A stretch of DNA of 57,313 bases from a virus (IMGVR_UViG_3300033053_000010:1-57313), one strand, 5' to 3'; counted from the first letter of the stretch, positions 16,898 through 26,707 are shown. Notes: generated by a model not told the origin, from the sequence alone. Made by a program: numbers and translations.

Positions 16898-17022
16898 AAA
16901 AAGAGAAGTATATGTCTGGGCATCGAAACTCCATCATCACAGCCAATCTTTACGATCTCGTTACGTGAACATATACCTATTTATAATAACACTCGTCATT
17001 ATCTTATATTTTATCTCTTTTC
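16898..17022 (-). ncRNA. Putative ~125-nt structured RNA
   Basis: Starts at promoter +1; closing stem AAAAGAGA/UCUCUUUU, hairpin AUAAUGAC-GAGU-GUUAUUAU, stem GUAUAUGU/ACAUAUAC; no meaningful ORF. Confidence 0.55.
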
Positions 17023-17046
17023 ATAATAGCGCTTGTAAACATTGCG
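17022..17046 (-). promoter_or_regulatory. Promoter-like motif, copy 13
   Basis: CGC AATGTT TACA AGCGC TATTAT ^GAAA. Confidence 0.8.
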
Positions 17047-17049
17047 TAT

Positions 17050-20000
17050 CTAATCGACAAATTGTGCAAAGTCGCCATATTTTTCAATAGCTTTTACTGC
17101 GTCATTAACCAGTTCGTTATATACGGTTCTGTCTATATTTTCTTCCTCATTAAGTTCCTTAACCATGTCAGACTCAAGCCAGTAATAACCTTTTGTTCCA
17201 TTTACTGCTCCATATTTTTTCTCACCAGTTTTCTTATCTATAGATTCCCTTAGTAATATACCACCATGTCCCTCTTTCATAGGACAGAACGAGCCAACCT
17301 TACCAATGAAATGTAAGTCACTAGAATCAATAGGCGGCTCTCCGGGATTCATATCCATATACATACATGAACTAACTGATTTAGTCTCACATAAATCTTT
17401 GAACTCTATTGGTTCTTTACTGAATAACTTCTTGAACACATATGGAACTTGGAATTGAGTTCCAGTAGCAGTCCATTCACCACCGTGGTCCTTACAATCA
17501 CCCGGAGTATACCCATATAATTTCTTACAGAGTTTCTCTGTCGCATATTTAGCAACATATACCGCATCATTTACTAGACACATTTTCTCATAAGTTGCCT
17601 CGTGCTCAAATTTATAACCGTATCGTTCTCCAAATTTCATAACATGCTCTATTATCTCAGGAGTAGCATTTGGTATTTTTATAGAGTCAGTCTTGACATG
17701 TGCAACAGTAAATCCAAGAGATTGAACCTCTTTCATTAGATCTATCATAAATAAAGCACCACGTTTGGCAACTATATTATCCTTATTCCTTATGTCCCTA
17801 AATGCATTATTAAAGGACGCACTAGTTAAACCATATGCTGAGTTTATAGGAGTCTTTAGCGCTGTACCTAGAGCCTTAGTTGAATATTCCCCGTCTTTTA
17901 ACACTTCATATAACATACCATCCAGTAATGATTTTATGGCTTCTTCATCATTATGTTTTATTGCTATTCTGGATTGAACTATATCCATGAATCTCTTTGT
18001 ATACTTTGGTCCAAATAAACACTCGGTTATCATTGAATGTGGATGCATTGATGCTACGTCCAATAACGCTACATTGTGATGTATTCCAGGCTCCGCATAC
18101 ACATATCCACCCTCACCCACTTCTTCACCTCTGTAAGTAGACTTTCCATTTTCAAATTTGTAACCCGGGAAGAAAGGTAATAAACTCTTTTCTCCATTCC
18201 AAGCTTCAAATCTTAGAGGTAATATGTTGTTATGTTTTATGAACTCATACATATCCATATTTATAGTGTCAAAAGGAACATATTTTTCTTTGTTAAAGAA
18301 ATCATCTGGGTCGTCATCCTGAGGTCCAAACATCATCTCATCTGGATAATATACTGGTAACGACATATCTCTATAATTGAATTCATCATGCGGGTTCTTG
18401 TTCTTCCCAAATACTATTCTAGTAGATAAAGTATTCGTTGTATCATTAACGGACATGTCAGCCATTTTTGCTAGAATTTTTCTAGCTGTCCAGTCATTCT
18501 TCAAATAATTAAACGTTGCCTCTGTAGCAAGAACATCATCATCACAATATTCAGCAACCTTCAACCATTTTTCCTTAGGTACTGGTTGATCCCAAGGTAA
18601 TCCTAATTCATGATGTTTAAGTCCTAATTGTATTTCGTATTTTTTCAAAGATTGTTTATTTGGTGCTGACGCGAAATCATATACGTCTGTATAAGATAAA
18701 TTATATGCTTCACCAAAGAATGCATTCTTATCACCAGATATAATCCTTTGAGATAATCTATATAGTTGCTCATTAGTATATCCCATTAGACACCCATATA
18801 ATATATGATTATCATATCGTCTACAATTGAAACCAACTAGATTGAAATTCAACAATTCCTCTATCTCTGCTGGTTTAGGATTTATCATTCTTACAACGGG
18901 TTTGCCTTCACCTTCTATTTTCCAATTTACTAGAAATAGATTTGGGAATACCTCAACGTCATAAAATATAATATCGTCTTTTTTACTTCTAACTGCTACG
19001 CTAGGGTCTTCTGATTTAAAACTCATCTTGTTAACAAGTTTTATACAATAATCAGATTGATTTGTACTATTTGCAGCGAATGCTAAAACCGCATTTCTCA
19101 TATCTGTTAGATCATATGGAAATCCTTCTTTCTTAGCATCCTCTAATATTTTATATATGAAATCAACACTAGGTTTAGTTCCTTGATGTATCTCTTTTTT
19201 CAAATTTTTCTTAACCATTACACGTAATATTTTTTCGTTCTTAATGATGCTGTTATCGATCATATTCTTTTTACCCTCCCTTAGTGGTAATCCAGAACTT
19301 ATCTCATTGATTGGTAGATTATTACATTTAGTCAATTTCCTTCTCAATGATGAATTACCATTGTACACCTTGACCTCTATATGTTCACCATATATTCTAC
19401 TTAGTTTACTGACATCACCTTTATAAATATAATGTAAGTGTATACCGGCTCCACTTTTACTTAATTCAGAATATGTTTCAGGCCATTTATTAGCTTCTTT
19501 CAAATTTAACTCTAGTGATTTATTGCCATTTTCATCAGGTATATCAAAATCTATTACTATGTGATTTTCTGGTACTTTAACATAATGTACTTTTTTAGTG
19601 TCGATATCTTTTAATTTGGTCCTAACATTATCCCATTTATATGTTGGTATTCCTTCATCGTTTGCTAATTGAGCCATACTATCTTTCATCTGTTTATCAA
19701 ATATGGATTCTATATTTTCCTTGAAATCAATCGAGTATCCATTAACAACGACTTCATCCTCATTTTCTTCGTCCTTATTATTGGTAAATATGCTTTTCTT
19801 GAAACCAACATATGCGTTTCTAACCCTTACCCCGTCAATAGCATCTCTTTCTTTAAAGTCATCAAAATAGTTTTTGAGTTCCTCTTTGAAAACTCTTTGC
19901 GTGAAAGGATATGGTATATTTGATTCTTCACAATAATTCTTATACATTTCCCAAGCAGCCTTCAAGGTGGTTGAATCATCTTTTGAAAATACATAATATG

Positions 20001-21078
20001 AATCTAATATAAAGTTATAAAAATCATTTGATGCGCCTAACATATTTACAGGTATGTAACTGTCATAATAATTAGGGTCAGCCTCAAAGACTTCTTTACA
20101 ATGATACGCTATACCACTTAATTCAAACTTTATATTTGACATTATATGAGTATATTCCTCATAACTCAATTTGTTCCCTGAAGGGGATACGTCTATAAGT
20201 CTTCTTATCAAACCAGATTTAGCATCGGTTATTTTTACAGGTTTGTTAGTACCCATAAATAAGAAAGCTTTAAACTTAGAAGCGTAAGTTGATTTGAATT
20301 TTTCATTAACAGTCATCAACTCGTGTGATACCAAACTATTAAGTCTAGTATTATCTTCTATCCTTGATAAGTCACCATCATGTTGTATTGATACTAATGG
20401 GTTATTCTTAAAAGCTTCTAATGCAAATGAATTACTTGAAGAGCCAAGAGCTTTGGCGTCGAATACTGAATAATAACCTTTGAATAATTCCTGTATTATG
20501 TTTAATATAGTACTCTTACCAGCTCCAGCAGAACCATATAACACCATAAATTTCTGAATGTGTTTAGACTCACCGGTTATGATAGAACCTATAGCCCATT
20601 CAATTTTATGACGTTCTTCAGGTGAATATAGAATCCCTATTAGTTTATCGAAACCAGAATATGAACCCTTTATCAATGGATAATCCAAAACTCTACTTGC
20701 ATATTCCTTCTTATCCAGTTTACTATTTGAGAACATTATTTTCTCATCAAGAGATACATAATTATCTCGCATTTGTTTCTGACAATATTTGTGCCAGTTG
20801 TCTATCATTCCGGTTTCAGCATCCCACATGTGTAATATTTTCACATCTGAATTAAAAGTGTCTTTATTCTTTTCAGCATACTCATCTAATATTTTATCTA
20901 TTATCATTAATGCATCATTTTCATCAGTACACCAAAGACCTTTATCCTCATCCCAAATTGAGTAGAAATCACCTCCCCTAATCATTAAATCTGAACTTTT
21001 TTTAATTATGAATTTTGGATATATTTCAATACATCCACGCTTTGTACTTCTAGAAGACACCATTAAAAAGTCGAGCAT
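17050..21078 (-). CDS. Fused SF3 helicase - AEP primase - family B DNA polymerase
   Basis: Walker A GSAGAGKST and GTNKP; AEP DFD...SKSGAGIHLHY; exonuclease YDVEVF, GFNCRRYD, YC.DD; PolB DVASMHP, K..INSAYG, KTDS. Confidence 0.85.
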   Translation of the reverse strand: MLDFLMVSSRSTKRGCIEIYPKFIIKKSSDLMIRGGDFYSIWDEDKGLWCTDENDALMIIDKILDEYAEKNKDTFNSDVKILHMWDAETGMIDNWHKYCQKQMRDNYVSLDEKIMFSNSKLDKKEYASRVLDYPLIKGSYSGFDKLIGILYSPEERHKIEWAIGSIITGESKHIQKFMVLYGSAGAGKSTILNIIQELFKGYYSVFDAKALGSSSNSFALEAFKNNPLVSIQHDGDLSRIEDNTRLNSLVSHELMTVNEKFKSTYASKFKAFLFMGTNKPVKITDAKSGLIRRLIDVSPSGNKLSYEEYTHIMSNIKFELSGIAYHCKEVFEADPNYYDSYIPVNMLGASNDFYNFILDSYYVFSKDDSTTLKAAWEMYKNYCEESNIPYPFTQRVFKEELKNYFDDFKERDAIDGVRVRNAYVGFKKSIFTNNKDEENEDEVVVNGYSIDFKENIESIFDKQMKDSMAQLANDEGIPTYKWDNVRTKLKDIDTKKVHYVKVPENHIVIDFDIPDENGNKSLELNLKEANKWPETYSELSKSGAGIHLHYIYKGDVSKLSRIYGEHIEVKVYNGNSSLRRKLTKCNNLPINEISSGLPLREGKKNMIDNSIIKNEKILRVMVKKNLKKEIHQGTKPSVDFIYKILEDAKKEGFPYDLTDMRNAVLAFAANSTNQSDYCIKLVNKMSFKSEDPSVAVRSKKDDIIFYDVEVFPNLFLVNWKIEGEGKPVVRMINPKPAEIEELLNFNLVGFNCRRYDNHILYGCLMGYTNEQLYRLSQRIISGDKNAFFGEAYNLSYTDVYDFASAPNKQSLKKYEIQLGLKHHELGLPWDQPVPKEKWLKVAEYCDDDVLATEATFNYLKNDWTARKILAKMADMSVNDTTNTLSTRIVFGKNKNPHDEFNYRDMSLPVYYPDEMMFGPQDDDPDDFFNKEKYVPFDTINMDMYEFIKHNNILPLRFEAWNGEKSLLPFFPGYKFENGKSTYRGEEVGEGGYVYAEPGIHHNVALLDVASMHPHSMITECLFGPKYTKRFMDIVQSRIAIKHNDEEAIKSLLDGMLYEVLKDGEYSTKALGTALKTPINSAYGLTSASFNNAFRDIRNKDNIVAKRGALFMIDLMKEVQSLGFTVAHVKTDSIKIPNATPEIIEHVMKFGERYGYKFEHEATYEKMCLVNDAVYVAKYATEKLCKKLYGYTPGDCKDHGGEWTATGTQFQVPYVFKKLFSKEPIEFKDLCETKSVSSCMYMDMNPGEPPIDSSDLHFIGKVGSFCPMKEGHGGILLRESIDKKTGEKKYGAVNGTKGYYWLESDMVKELNEEENIDRTVYNELVNDAVKAIEKYGDFAQFVD

Positions 21079-21150
21079 ATCATACTATGCCCCCTTTTTC
21101 TTGGGTGTTATATTTTTCATGTAACCCCACCCCTTGCAATGTAAAGATAA

Positions 21151-21696
21151 TTATAGAGAATCGAGGTACCAACACATCTGATACCATATTTCAAATTTTC
21201 TCATATCTTTCTTTATTCCATCTACGGTGAATAATCCCCCCTCACCGTTTCGTTTATACTGTCTGTTGATAAATCTATCAATTACTATTTTTGTATATTT
21301 CTCATCAAACCTTGAATCGTTCATTGTACCAAGCCCCAAAGATACAATCATATTCCAGAACCATTCTCCAGTTCTGTCACCGAACTCTTCATCAGTCATA
21401 ATGGTTTCTTCACATCGTATAGATAACGCTATCATCATTTCCAATATACTACAATTAGATATCGGTTGAGTTTGTTCGTTATCTAATTCTCTTGCTATGA
21501 TACTACGTGGTATCTCAGCCTCCCTACCAAATCTATATCTAAGATTTTTACCATCATCGGCTCTATTTTCATCCATGGATATAGCAGGAATAAACATTAA
21601 GTCAAATAAACAACTCATCAATTTAGAATATTTAACATCTGAATCATTGTTTATAACCTTGCTACATAACCATTCAAAATATTCTTCTCTGAGCAT
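21151..21696 (-). CDS. Conserved phage hypothetical protein
   Basis: 181-aa ORF translationally coupled to the upstream gene. Confidence 0.75.
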   Translation of the reverse strand: MLREEYFEWLCSKVINNDSDVKYSKLMSCLFDLMFIPAISMDENRADDGKNLRYRFGREAEIPRSIIARELDNEQTQPISNCSILEMMIALSIRCEETIMTDEEFGDRTGEWFWNMIVSLGLGTMNDSRFDEKYTKIVIDRFINRQYKRNGEGGLFTVDGIKKDMRKFEIWYQMCWYLDSL

Positions 21697-22265
21697 TATT
21701 CACCATTCCTTTTTTCATAAGTATCTATTTCTCTTAGTATCTCATAGTCCATCTGTATTCTTTCATTTCTAACATACACGGAGGCATCTTCATAGATACC
21801 AAATTGACTTCGTATTTCTTTAACAGTCATACCAAAAGTCTCTTCGACGTTAGTTATTATTTGATTATTATCATCGGTTATAATATCATCTTCAAATATA
21901 TAGAACGTATCTGTATCATATCCTACTTGTGAAGCAAAGTCTTCAGGTGTTATTACATATAATGGATTTTTATTTGCAGCCCTTTCACAAGGTCCCATTT
22001 CGTCTTTATTTGAATATTTATTGTAGTCTATTATACTTTTAGCTCTATCCATTTCTTCTTCATACACCTCTTCAGCGCTATTGTCTATATTTTCTACTTC
22101 TTCGATAGTCTCTTCCTTTACGTCTTTTTCCATTTTTTTGTTCTTAAATTCTCTTAATGATTCAACCTCTTCTTGAACCATTTCTTCATATTTGTTTTTG
22201 TTTAATTTCCATGATATTGCGATGCCGATACTGACACCCGCAACAAAACTTAAAAAGCTTTTCAT
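21696..22265 (-). CDS. Acidic protein with an N-terminal membrane anchor
   Basis: Start moved to ATG 22265 after AAGGAG; FLSFVAGVSIGIAISW TM segment. Confidence 0.7.
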   Translation of the reverse strand: MKSFLSFVAGVSIGIAISWKLNKNKYEEMVQEEVESLREFKNKKMEKDVKEETIEEVENIDNSAEEVYEEEMDRAKSIIDYNKYSNKDEMGPCERAANKNPLYVITPEDFASQVGYDTDTFYIFEDDIITDDNNQIITNVEETFGMTVKEIRSQFGIYEDASVYVRNERIQMDYEILREIDTYEKRNGE

Positions 22266-22353
22266 ATTAATACACTCCTTTATTTTTATATAATAGATAG
22301 GAAAAGTCAAGCATGTTTTTATGTGGATTGCCCGACCCATAACCGTTTATGTC

Positions 22354-23298
22354 TCACATTAAATCCCATATATTTCCGTCAACATTGAAGTCTAACAATA
22401 TAGAAGATCTATGACCATTTACGAAGTCTCTTCTCTCTTCGCTTATAGTTTCGTTAGTATAATCGTTTCTATAACCTTCAACCATCACATCGTATATACC
22501 GAAATCGACATAATTATCCCCAGAAGGATTATCCGGATTATATACCCAACCAACTATCTGTCCTTCTTTTGAGTCTTTAATACCTAACATTTTATAAACA
22601 TCATTTAAGAATAAATATCCCTGAGCCACTAATCTATCATTAGCATGTTGTTGTTGCGCTTTTAGGAACATCAAACTATATTCAGGATCTTTATCCCATC
22701 CGTCACAATTCTCATCAAAGAATCTAGCATAATCACTACATGTGTTTGGATTAGTAACAACGTCTACAGTCTCTTTTTTAGTCTTACCATTTTCGTCAGT
22801 AACTGATATTTTCTCTGCCTTTATACCGTGTCTTAATTCGTAGTCAATTCTTTCACCATATTTATCAACAACGTTCTTTCTGTATCTAGCAAAAGATTCT
22901 GAAACAGTTGTGAAAGCAGCAGCCAATGCAGCATTTCTTCTATTTAATATTCTATTTGATTGTATTAATGCGGCAATTGATATTCCACCAACCACAACGG
23001 CAGGGGCATATAATTTAGCAATATTTAATCCTCTTGAAACATATACTATAGCTAGATCTTTTCTAGCGTTCTCGGATGTATAATCAACCACACTTTCATC
23101 AGCTTCTATTTCACGTATTTTTCCAATTGTCTCCTGGGATTGATCTATAATATCACTTAATTTTAATGTTGCCTTACAAGCCATCACGCTTGCGGTAACC
23201 ACACCGATTATTCCACCAATCATAAATATCTGTGGTGATTTTTTAATAGCTCCGAATTTGAATTTATTTAAACTTTGTATCATTTTTTGTTTATTCAT
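22354..23298 (-). CDS. Membrane-associated phage protein, paralog family B (DUF6353-like)
   Basis: Two hydrophobic segments; C-terminal LNDVY..LG...G..VGW motif shared with 24810 and 26766. Confidence 0.7.
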   Translation of the reverse strand: MNKQKMIQSLNKFKFGAIKKSPQIFMIGGIIGVVTASVMACKATLKLSDIIDQSQETIGKIREIEADESVVDYTSENARKDLAIVYVSRGLNIAKLYAPAVVVGGISIAALIQSNRILNRRNAALAAAFTTVSESFARYRKNVVDKYGERIDYELRHGIKAEKISVTDENGKTKKETVDVVTNPNTCSDYARFFDENCDGWDKDPEYSLMFLKAQQQHANDRLVAQGYLFLNDVYKMLGIKDSKEGQIVGWVYNPDNPSGDNYVDFGIYDVMVEGYRNDYTNETISEERRDFVNGHRSSILLDFNVDGNIWDLM

Positions 23299-23325
23299 TT
23301 TTCATCTTTCCTTCCTTATTTTAAT

Positions 23326-23538
23326 TTATTTTTTATTTATTGAAAAGGATATTTTCTTATCAAGATTGATATTTAATTCAGCATCGATTGTTAATTCAAA
23401 ACCATCTCCGTTTTCCTCACATTTAACTATAGACCCTACGACTTTACGTTCCTCGTTAAAAAATGGTTTTCCAACATAGTCTTCTGATTTTCCTATTTTT
23501 GCTACTATCGCTTTAAATATCATCATTACACCCTCCAT
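23326..23538 (-). CDS. Hypothetical protein
   Basis: ORF in operon context. Confidence 0.55.
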   Translation of the reverse strand: MEGVMMIFKAIVAKIGKSEDYVGKPFFNEERKVVGSIVKCEENGDGFELTIDAELNINLDKKISFSINKK

Positions 23539-23547
23539 TATTTTTAT

Positions 23548-23727
23548 TTATTGTGGTACTTTAATATAACAAGATAGTATTAGGGCCCCACCAAGACCCA
23601 CTAACACCATACCAGTAATAATTCTATTTTCTTTATTTTTTAAGGCTGTTCCTATGTTGATTAAAGAACTTACGGCTTTATCTTTACCCATTTTCAACCC
23701 ATCCTTAACACAACTCAATATATTCAT
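23548..23727 (-). CDS. 59-aa protein with a C-terminal TM segment
   Basis: MNILSCVKDGLK...IITGMVLVGLGGALILSCYIKVPQ; AAGGAG RBS. Confidence 0.55.
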   Translation of the reverse strand: MNILSCVKDGLKMGKDKAVSSLINIGTALKNKENRIITGMVLVGLGGALILSCYIKVPQ

Positions 23728-23781
23728 ATCATATGCTCCTTAATATATTTTTCCTAATTAATCACTTTATAACATTAGTTG

Positions 23782-24387
23782 TTATAGGGGTTTTGCTCTA
23801 GGCATCTTTAATAGATATCCGTCTCTCACCCTAACATGAGAAGCTGAACGAACATCAGTCCAACCATATTTATTATCAGTATATTGTCCACTTATACCCA
23901 CAAGATCGTATAAGTCTGCTACAGACGCCATACCATAAACATCGATTAATTCATCTAATCTTGCTATAACTTCTTCGGCCTCAGCTCTTGATTCTAATAT
24001 AACATCGTCGTATGAATAACCAGTTTCCCTTCTCCTACCTCTATCTCTTTCACTTTCTTCACGTTCGTAATATGATCTATATGATATTCTTGATGACGTA
24101 GATGATCTTCTATTACTACCACGTCTAGTTTCACCATTATTCAATAACATGGATATACCATTTGTTATAATATCCTCAATTGTATTTTTAACAGCTGGTA
24201 TTAATACATCTTGTATAACGTAATCTTTTATATCCAACATGTCACCTGTTAAGAAGGAACTAAGGAATCCATTTTTCTTTTTAGATTTAACCGTACCAGT
24301 AACTATCTTTTCTAACTTCTCTTTCTTAACCTCTCCGCCTTTATCTTTATTTTTTGAGAAACGGGAGTTTGATTTATATTCGTCCAT
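23782..24387 (-). CDS. Conserved phage hypothetical protein
   Basis: 201-aa ORF; C-terminal VADLYDLVG...YGW resembles the family B C-terminal motif. Confidence 0.75.
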   Translation of the reverse strand: MDEYKSNSRFSKNKDKGGEVKKEKLEKIVTGTVKSKKKNGFLSSFLTGDMLDIKDYVIQDVLIPAVKNTIEDIITNGISMLLNNGETRRGSNRRSSTSSRISYRSYYEREESERDRGRRRETGYSYDDVILESRAEAEEVIARLDELIDVYGMASVADLYDLVGISGQYTDNKYGWTDVRSASHVRVRDGYLLKMPRAKPL

Positions 24388-24461
24388 ATTCTTCCACCAT
24401 CCTTATTTAATAAAAACAAAAAGAGAGAGAACTTGTAATTTGTTCTCAATCTTTATAAATA

Positions 24462-24749
24462 CTATTTTTCTGAATCATTTTCATTATTTTCGAAATCATC
24501 ATAATCTGTGTCTTCATCTGTCTTGTCTACGACTTCAGCTTCTACCTTTGATTCTCTTTTATCTTTAATTTTATAATATAGTCCTTTAGTTCCTTTGTAA
24601 CCCAAGTAACCAATTGTTACTAATCCTGTTGCAAAGATTCCCGCCATACCATATGCTAATAAATTTTCTTTAAAAGTTAATTTTTCAGTAACCACCTCTA
24701 CCGCTTCAGTAACAGTGTCCTCAACATTTAAATTTTGCATTTCTTCCAT
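24462..24749 (-). CDS. Acidic single-TM cassette protein
   Basis: Flanked by promoter 24782 and GAGAAC/GTTCTC hairpin at 24412-24447. Confidence 0.7.
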   Translation of the reverse strand: MEEMQNLNVEDTVTEAVEVVTEKLTFKENLLAYGMAGIFATGLVTIGYLGYKGTKGLYYKIKDKRESKVEAEVVDKTDEDTDYDDFENNENDSEK

Positions 24750-24781
24750 TTTAAAATTCCTCCTTAAATATAAGTATTTCT

Positions 24782-24806
24782 CATAATAGCGTGTGTATAT
24801 TCTGCG
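24782..24806 (-). promoter_or_regulatory. Promoter-like motif, copy 14
   Basis: CGC AGAATA TACA CACGC TATTAT ^GAGA. Confidence 0.8.
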
Positions 24807-24809
24807 TGT

Positions 24810-25538
24810 TTAATAATGTATAGGTACTACTTCATAATCTATTACTAAACATGGTTCACCATTATCAGCGATGGATGAACTATAACTAACCTCTAGATAT
24901 TCCTTATCAATATCCCATCCGAGTTCGCATCCAATTTTTACAACGTTTATACCAAGTTCTATATAGAAATCATTTAGTTGTATTGTCATGTCATTTCTTA
25001 ATCTCTTATTTATCACATTTACCGCACGATCAATTTCCTCAGTACTACCTCTAAAATATCGTCCAGACATACTATCATATATCAGGATATTTCCTTTGGA
25101 GGTAACCATAACTTCCTTATTTCCAATAGGATCTCTTCTTAGTTTCTCAGCAGCCACTTCTCTTCTTATATCATCATATTTTTCTGGATCTACAGAATCC
25201 TTAACCTTTTCCTTAAATATTCGGAACGCTGATTCTGATGCTGTATACGCAGTAGCCACTGCGGCCAACTTATTATTTGTTATGTTTCTTGAAAATACTA
25301 TTTGTGTTATACCAACCCCGGCAAGTAATACGGGCGGTATATATAACGGAGCTATTGCTTTCACCTTTTCCATAGTAGTCTCGTTCTTCTTTTTTTCAGC
25401 TATCTTTAAAGCCTTTGGTGTTTGTTTTATTCCTAATATTCCACCAGCTAATATACAACCGACACCTCCGACTAAAAGTAAATCAGAAGCATTCCTCGAT
25501 ATAAGTTTTTGTGCGTCTTTAAAATATGGTATCATCAT
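24810..25538 (-). CDS. Paralog family B protein
   Basis: LNDFYIELG...GCELGW motif; N-terminal TM segments. Confidence 0.7.
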   Translation of the reverse strand: MMIPYFKDAQKLISRNASDLLLVGGVGCILAGGILGIKQTPKALKIAEKKKNETTMEKVKAIAPLYIPPVLLAGVGITQIVFSRNITNNKLAAVATAYTASESAFRIFKEKVKDSVDPEKYDDIRREVAAEKLRRDPIGNKEVMVTSKGNILIYDSMSGRYFRGSTEEIDRAVNVINKRLRNDMTIQLNDFYIELGINVVKIGCELGWDIDKEYLEVSYSSSIADNGEPCLVIDYEVVPIHY

Positions 25539-25590
25539 TTTTCCTCCTTAATAATCAAAACAAATAGTAAGAGTCTTTGTTAAGACCCCA

Positions 25591-25737
25591 CTATTTTTTA
25601 TTGAGATGTTTACTAACTTCCTTTGCAATTTTAATGTCCAGTTTCTTATCGTCTAATATTCCTGTTGCTATTTGTAATCCTATTCCGATCACGCTTAACG
25701 CTATTCCTGTCATTTTGATAACTTTTTCTGTACCCAT
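25591..25737 (-). CDS. 48-aa cassette protein
   Basis: MGTEKVIKMTGIALSVIGIGLQIATGILDDKKLDIKIAKEVSKHLNKK. Confidence 0.65.
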   Translation of the reverse strand: MGTEKVIKMTGIALSVIGIGLQIATGILDDKKLDIKIAKEVSKHLNKK

Positions 25738-25769
25738 ATTATCCACTCCTAAAATTAATATTTATTTCT

Positions 25770-25794
25770 CATAATACACTATGTTTTTGTTGCG
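25770..25794 (-). promoter_or_regulatory. Promoter-like motif, copy 15
   Basis: CGC AACAAA AACA TAGTG TATTAT ^GAGA. Confidence 0.8.
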
Positions 25795-25805
25795 TGAGGT
25801 ACAAC

Positions 25806-25826
25806 AAAAAGAAAGAGCCTAAGCTC
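25806..25826 (-). terminator. Cassette terminator, type 2
   Basis: GAGCTTAGGCTC + TTTCTTTTT; same hairpin at 26361 and 27517. Confidence 0.75.
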
Positions 25827-25990
25827 TACTTTTTTAAGATTTCCAATAATTTAATTTTTCTATCTATCATTTTTTCATATATTGGTATTTGATCCATCAA
25901 TTTGTAAGTCATAGCAGACTCGAGTTCTTTCTCGTTCTTTTTTATTTCTCTTACTAATCTTGATATTTCAGTTTCCATATTATTACACAT
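25826..25990 (-). CDS. 54-aa helical cassette protein
   Basis: MCNNMETEISRLVREIKKNEKELESAMTYKLMDQIPIYEKMIDRKIKLLEILKK; GAGGT RBS. Confidence 0.6.
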   Translation of the reverse strand: MCNNMETEISRLVREIKKNEKELESAMTYKLMDQIPIYEKMIDRKIKLLEILKK

Positions 25991-26022
25991 AATAAATACC
26001 TCACTTTAATTATTATTTTTCT

Positions 26023-26047
26023 CATAATAGCCCTTGTAATCCTTGCG
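26023..26047 (-). promoter_or_regulatory. Promoter-like motif, copy 16
   Basis: CGC AAGGAT TACA AGGGC TATTAT ^GAGA. Confidence 0.8.
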
Positions 26048-26060
26048 CAAAGATTAAAAG

Positions 26061-26081
26061 AAAAAGAAAGAGCCGAAGCTC
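26061..26081 (-). terminator. Cassette terminator, type 2 variant
   Basis: GAGC-TTCG-GCTC + TTTCTTTTT. Confidence 0.75.
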
Positions 26082-26097
26082 GATCTTTTCTGAATAA

Positions 26098-26307
26098 CTA
26101 TTTAGTTGGTATAAATGCTTGAATAACTTTGGCTGCTTCTTTTAGTATTGCGTTAGCTACCGTATTGTGTGAAACCTTAACATATTTACCTCCTTCAGCT
26201 ACTGCTGCAAAGACGTACTCAATTTTGTTTTCATTACAATAAGTATCTACCTTTCCTACTAATTCGTTTAAACCATTCATTTTTTCTTCCATTTTCATTA
26301 CCTCCAA
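26098..26307 (-). CDS. Small cassette protein
   Basis: ORF between promoter 26324 and its terminator; true start is probably a downstream ATG after GGAGG. Confidence 0.65.
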   Translation of the reverse strand: MEVMKMEEKMNGLNELVGKVDTYCNENKIEYVFAAVAEGGKYVKVSHNTVANAILKEAAKVIQAFIPTK

Positions 26308-26323
26308 AAATTTAATTATTTCT

Positions 26324-26348
26324 CATAATAGCACGTGTAAATTGTGCG
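26324..26348 (-). promoter_or_regulatory. Promoter-like motif, copy 17
   Basis: CGC ACAATT TACA CGTGC TATTAT ^GAGA. Confidence 0.8.
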
Positions 26349-26350
26349 TG

Positions 26351-26372
26351 AAAAAAGAAAGAGCCTAAGCTC
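26351..26372 (-). terminator. Cassette terminator, type 2
   Basis: GAGCTTAGGCTC + TTTCTTTTTT. Confidence 0.75.
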
Positions 26373-26378
26373 TACTTT

Positions 26379-26471
26379 TTAAAGACATTTCTTTACGACG
26401 TTTAAATATGATACTGTTATAACTCCAATAGTTACAATAAACACTATTTTAACTACATTATTATTACCCAT
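26379..26471 (-). CDS. 30-aa hydrophobic cassette peptide
   Basis: MGNNNVVKIVFIVTIGVITVSYLNVVKKCL; GGGGTG RBS. Confidence 0.55.
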   Translation of the reverse strand: MGNNNVVKIVFIVTIGVITVSYLNVVKKCL

Positions 26472-26502
26472 TATAAATCACCCCATAAATTAATATATTT
26501 CT

Positions 26503-26527
26503 CATAATAGTACATGTAAATTACGCG
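26503..26527 (-). promoter_or_regulatory. Promoter-like motif, copy 18
   Basis: CGC GTAATT TACA TGTAC TATTAT ^GAGA. Confidence 0.8.
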
Positions 26528-26554
26528 AACAAAGGGGAAGAGTCTTTGTTGGAC

Positions 26555-26707
26555 TTATCGTCCAGCATTAACCCTTTCCACAAATTGCTTAAATCTATCA
26601 CTTGCCTTGTTCATATCAACAGTTATTACCTTAATCTCTATTGGTTTATTTTCTTTCTTTTCCTCTTTCTTGAATAATCCACCTATAGTCTTTAAAATAT
26701 TTTCCAT
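26555..26707 (-). CDS. 50-aa cassette protein
   Basis: MENILKTIGGLFKKEEKKENKPIEIKVITVDMNKASDRFKQFVERVNAGR; AGGAG RBS. Confidence 0.6.
   Translation of the reverse strand: MENILKTIGGLFKKEEKKENKPIEIKVITVDMNKASDRFKQFVERVNAGR

Noticed and set aside
16908-16976. Hammerhead ribozyme in the RNA cassette (TGATGA and GAAA-like words)
   Set aside because: The core CUGANGA and GAAA are not present on the same strand in the required arrangement.
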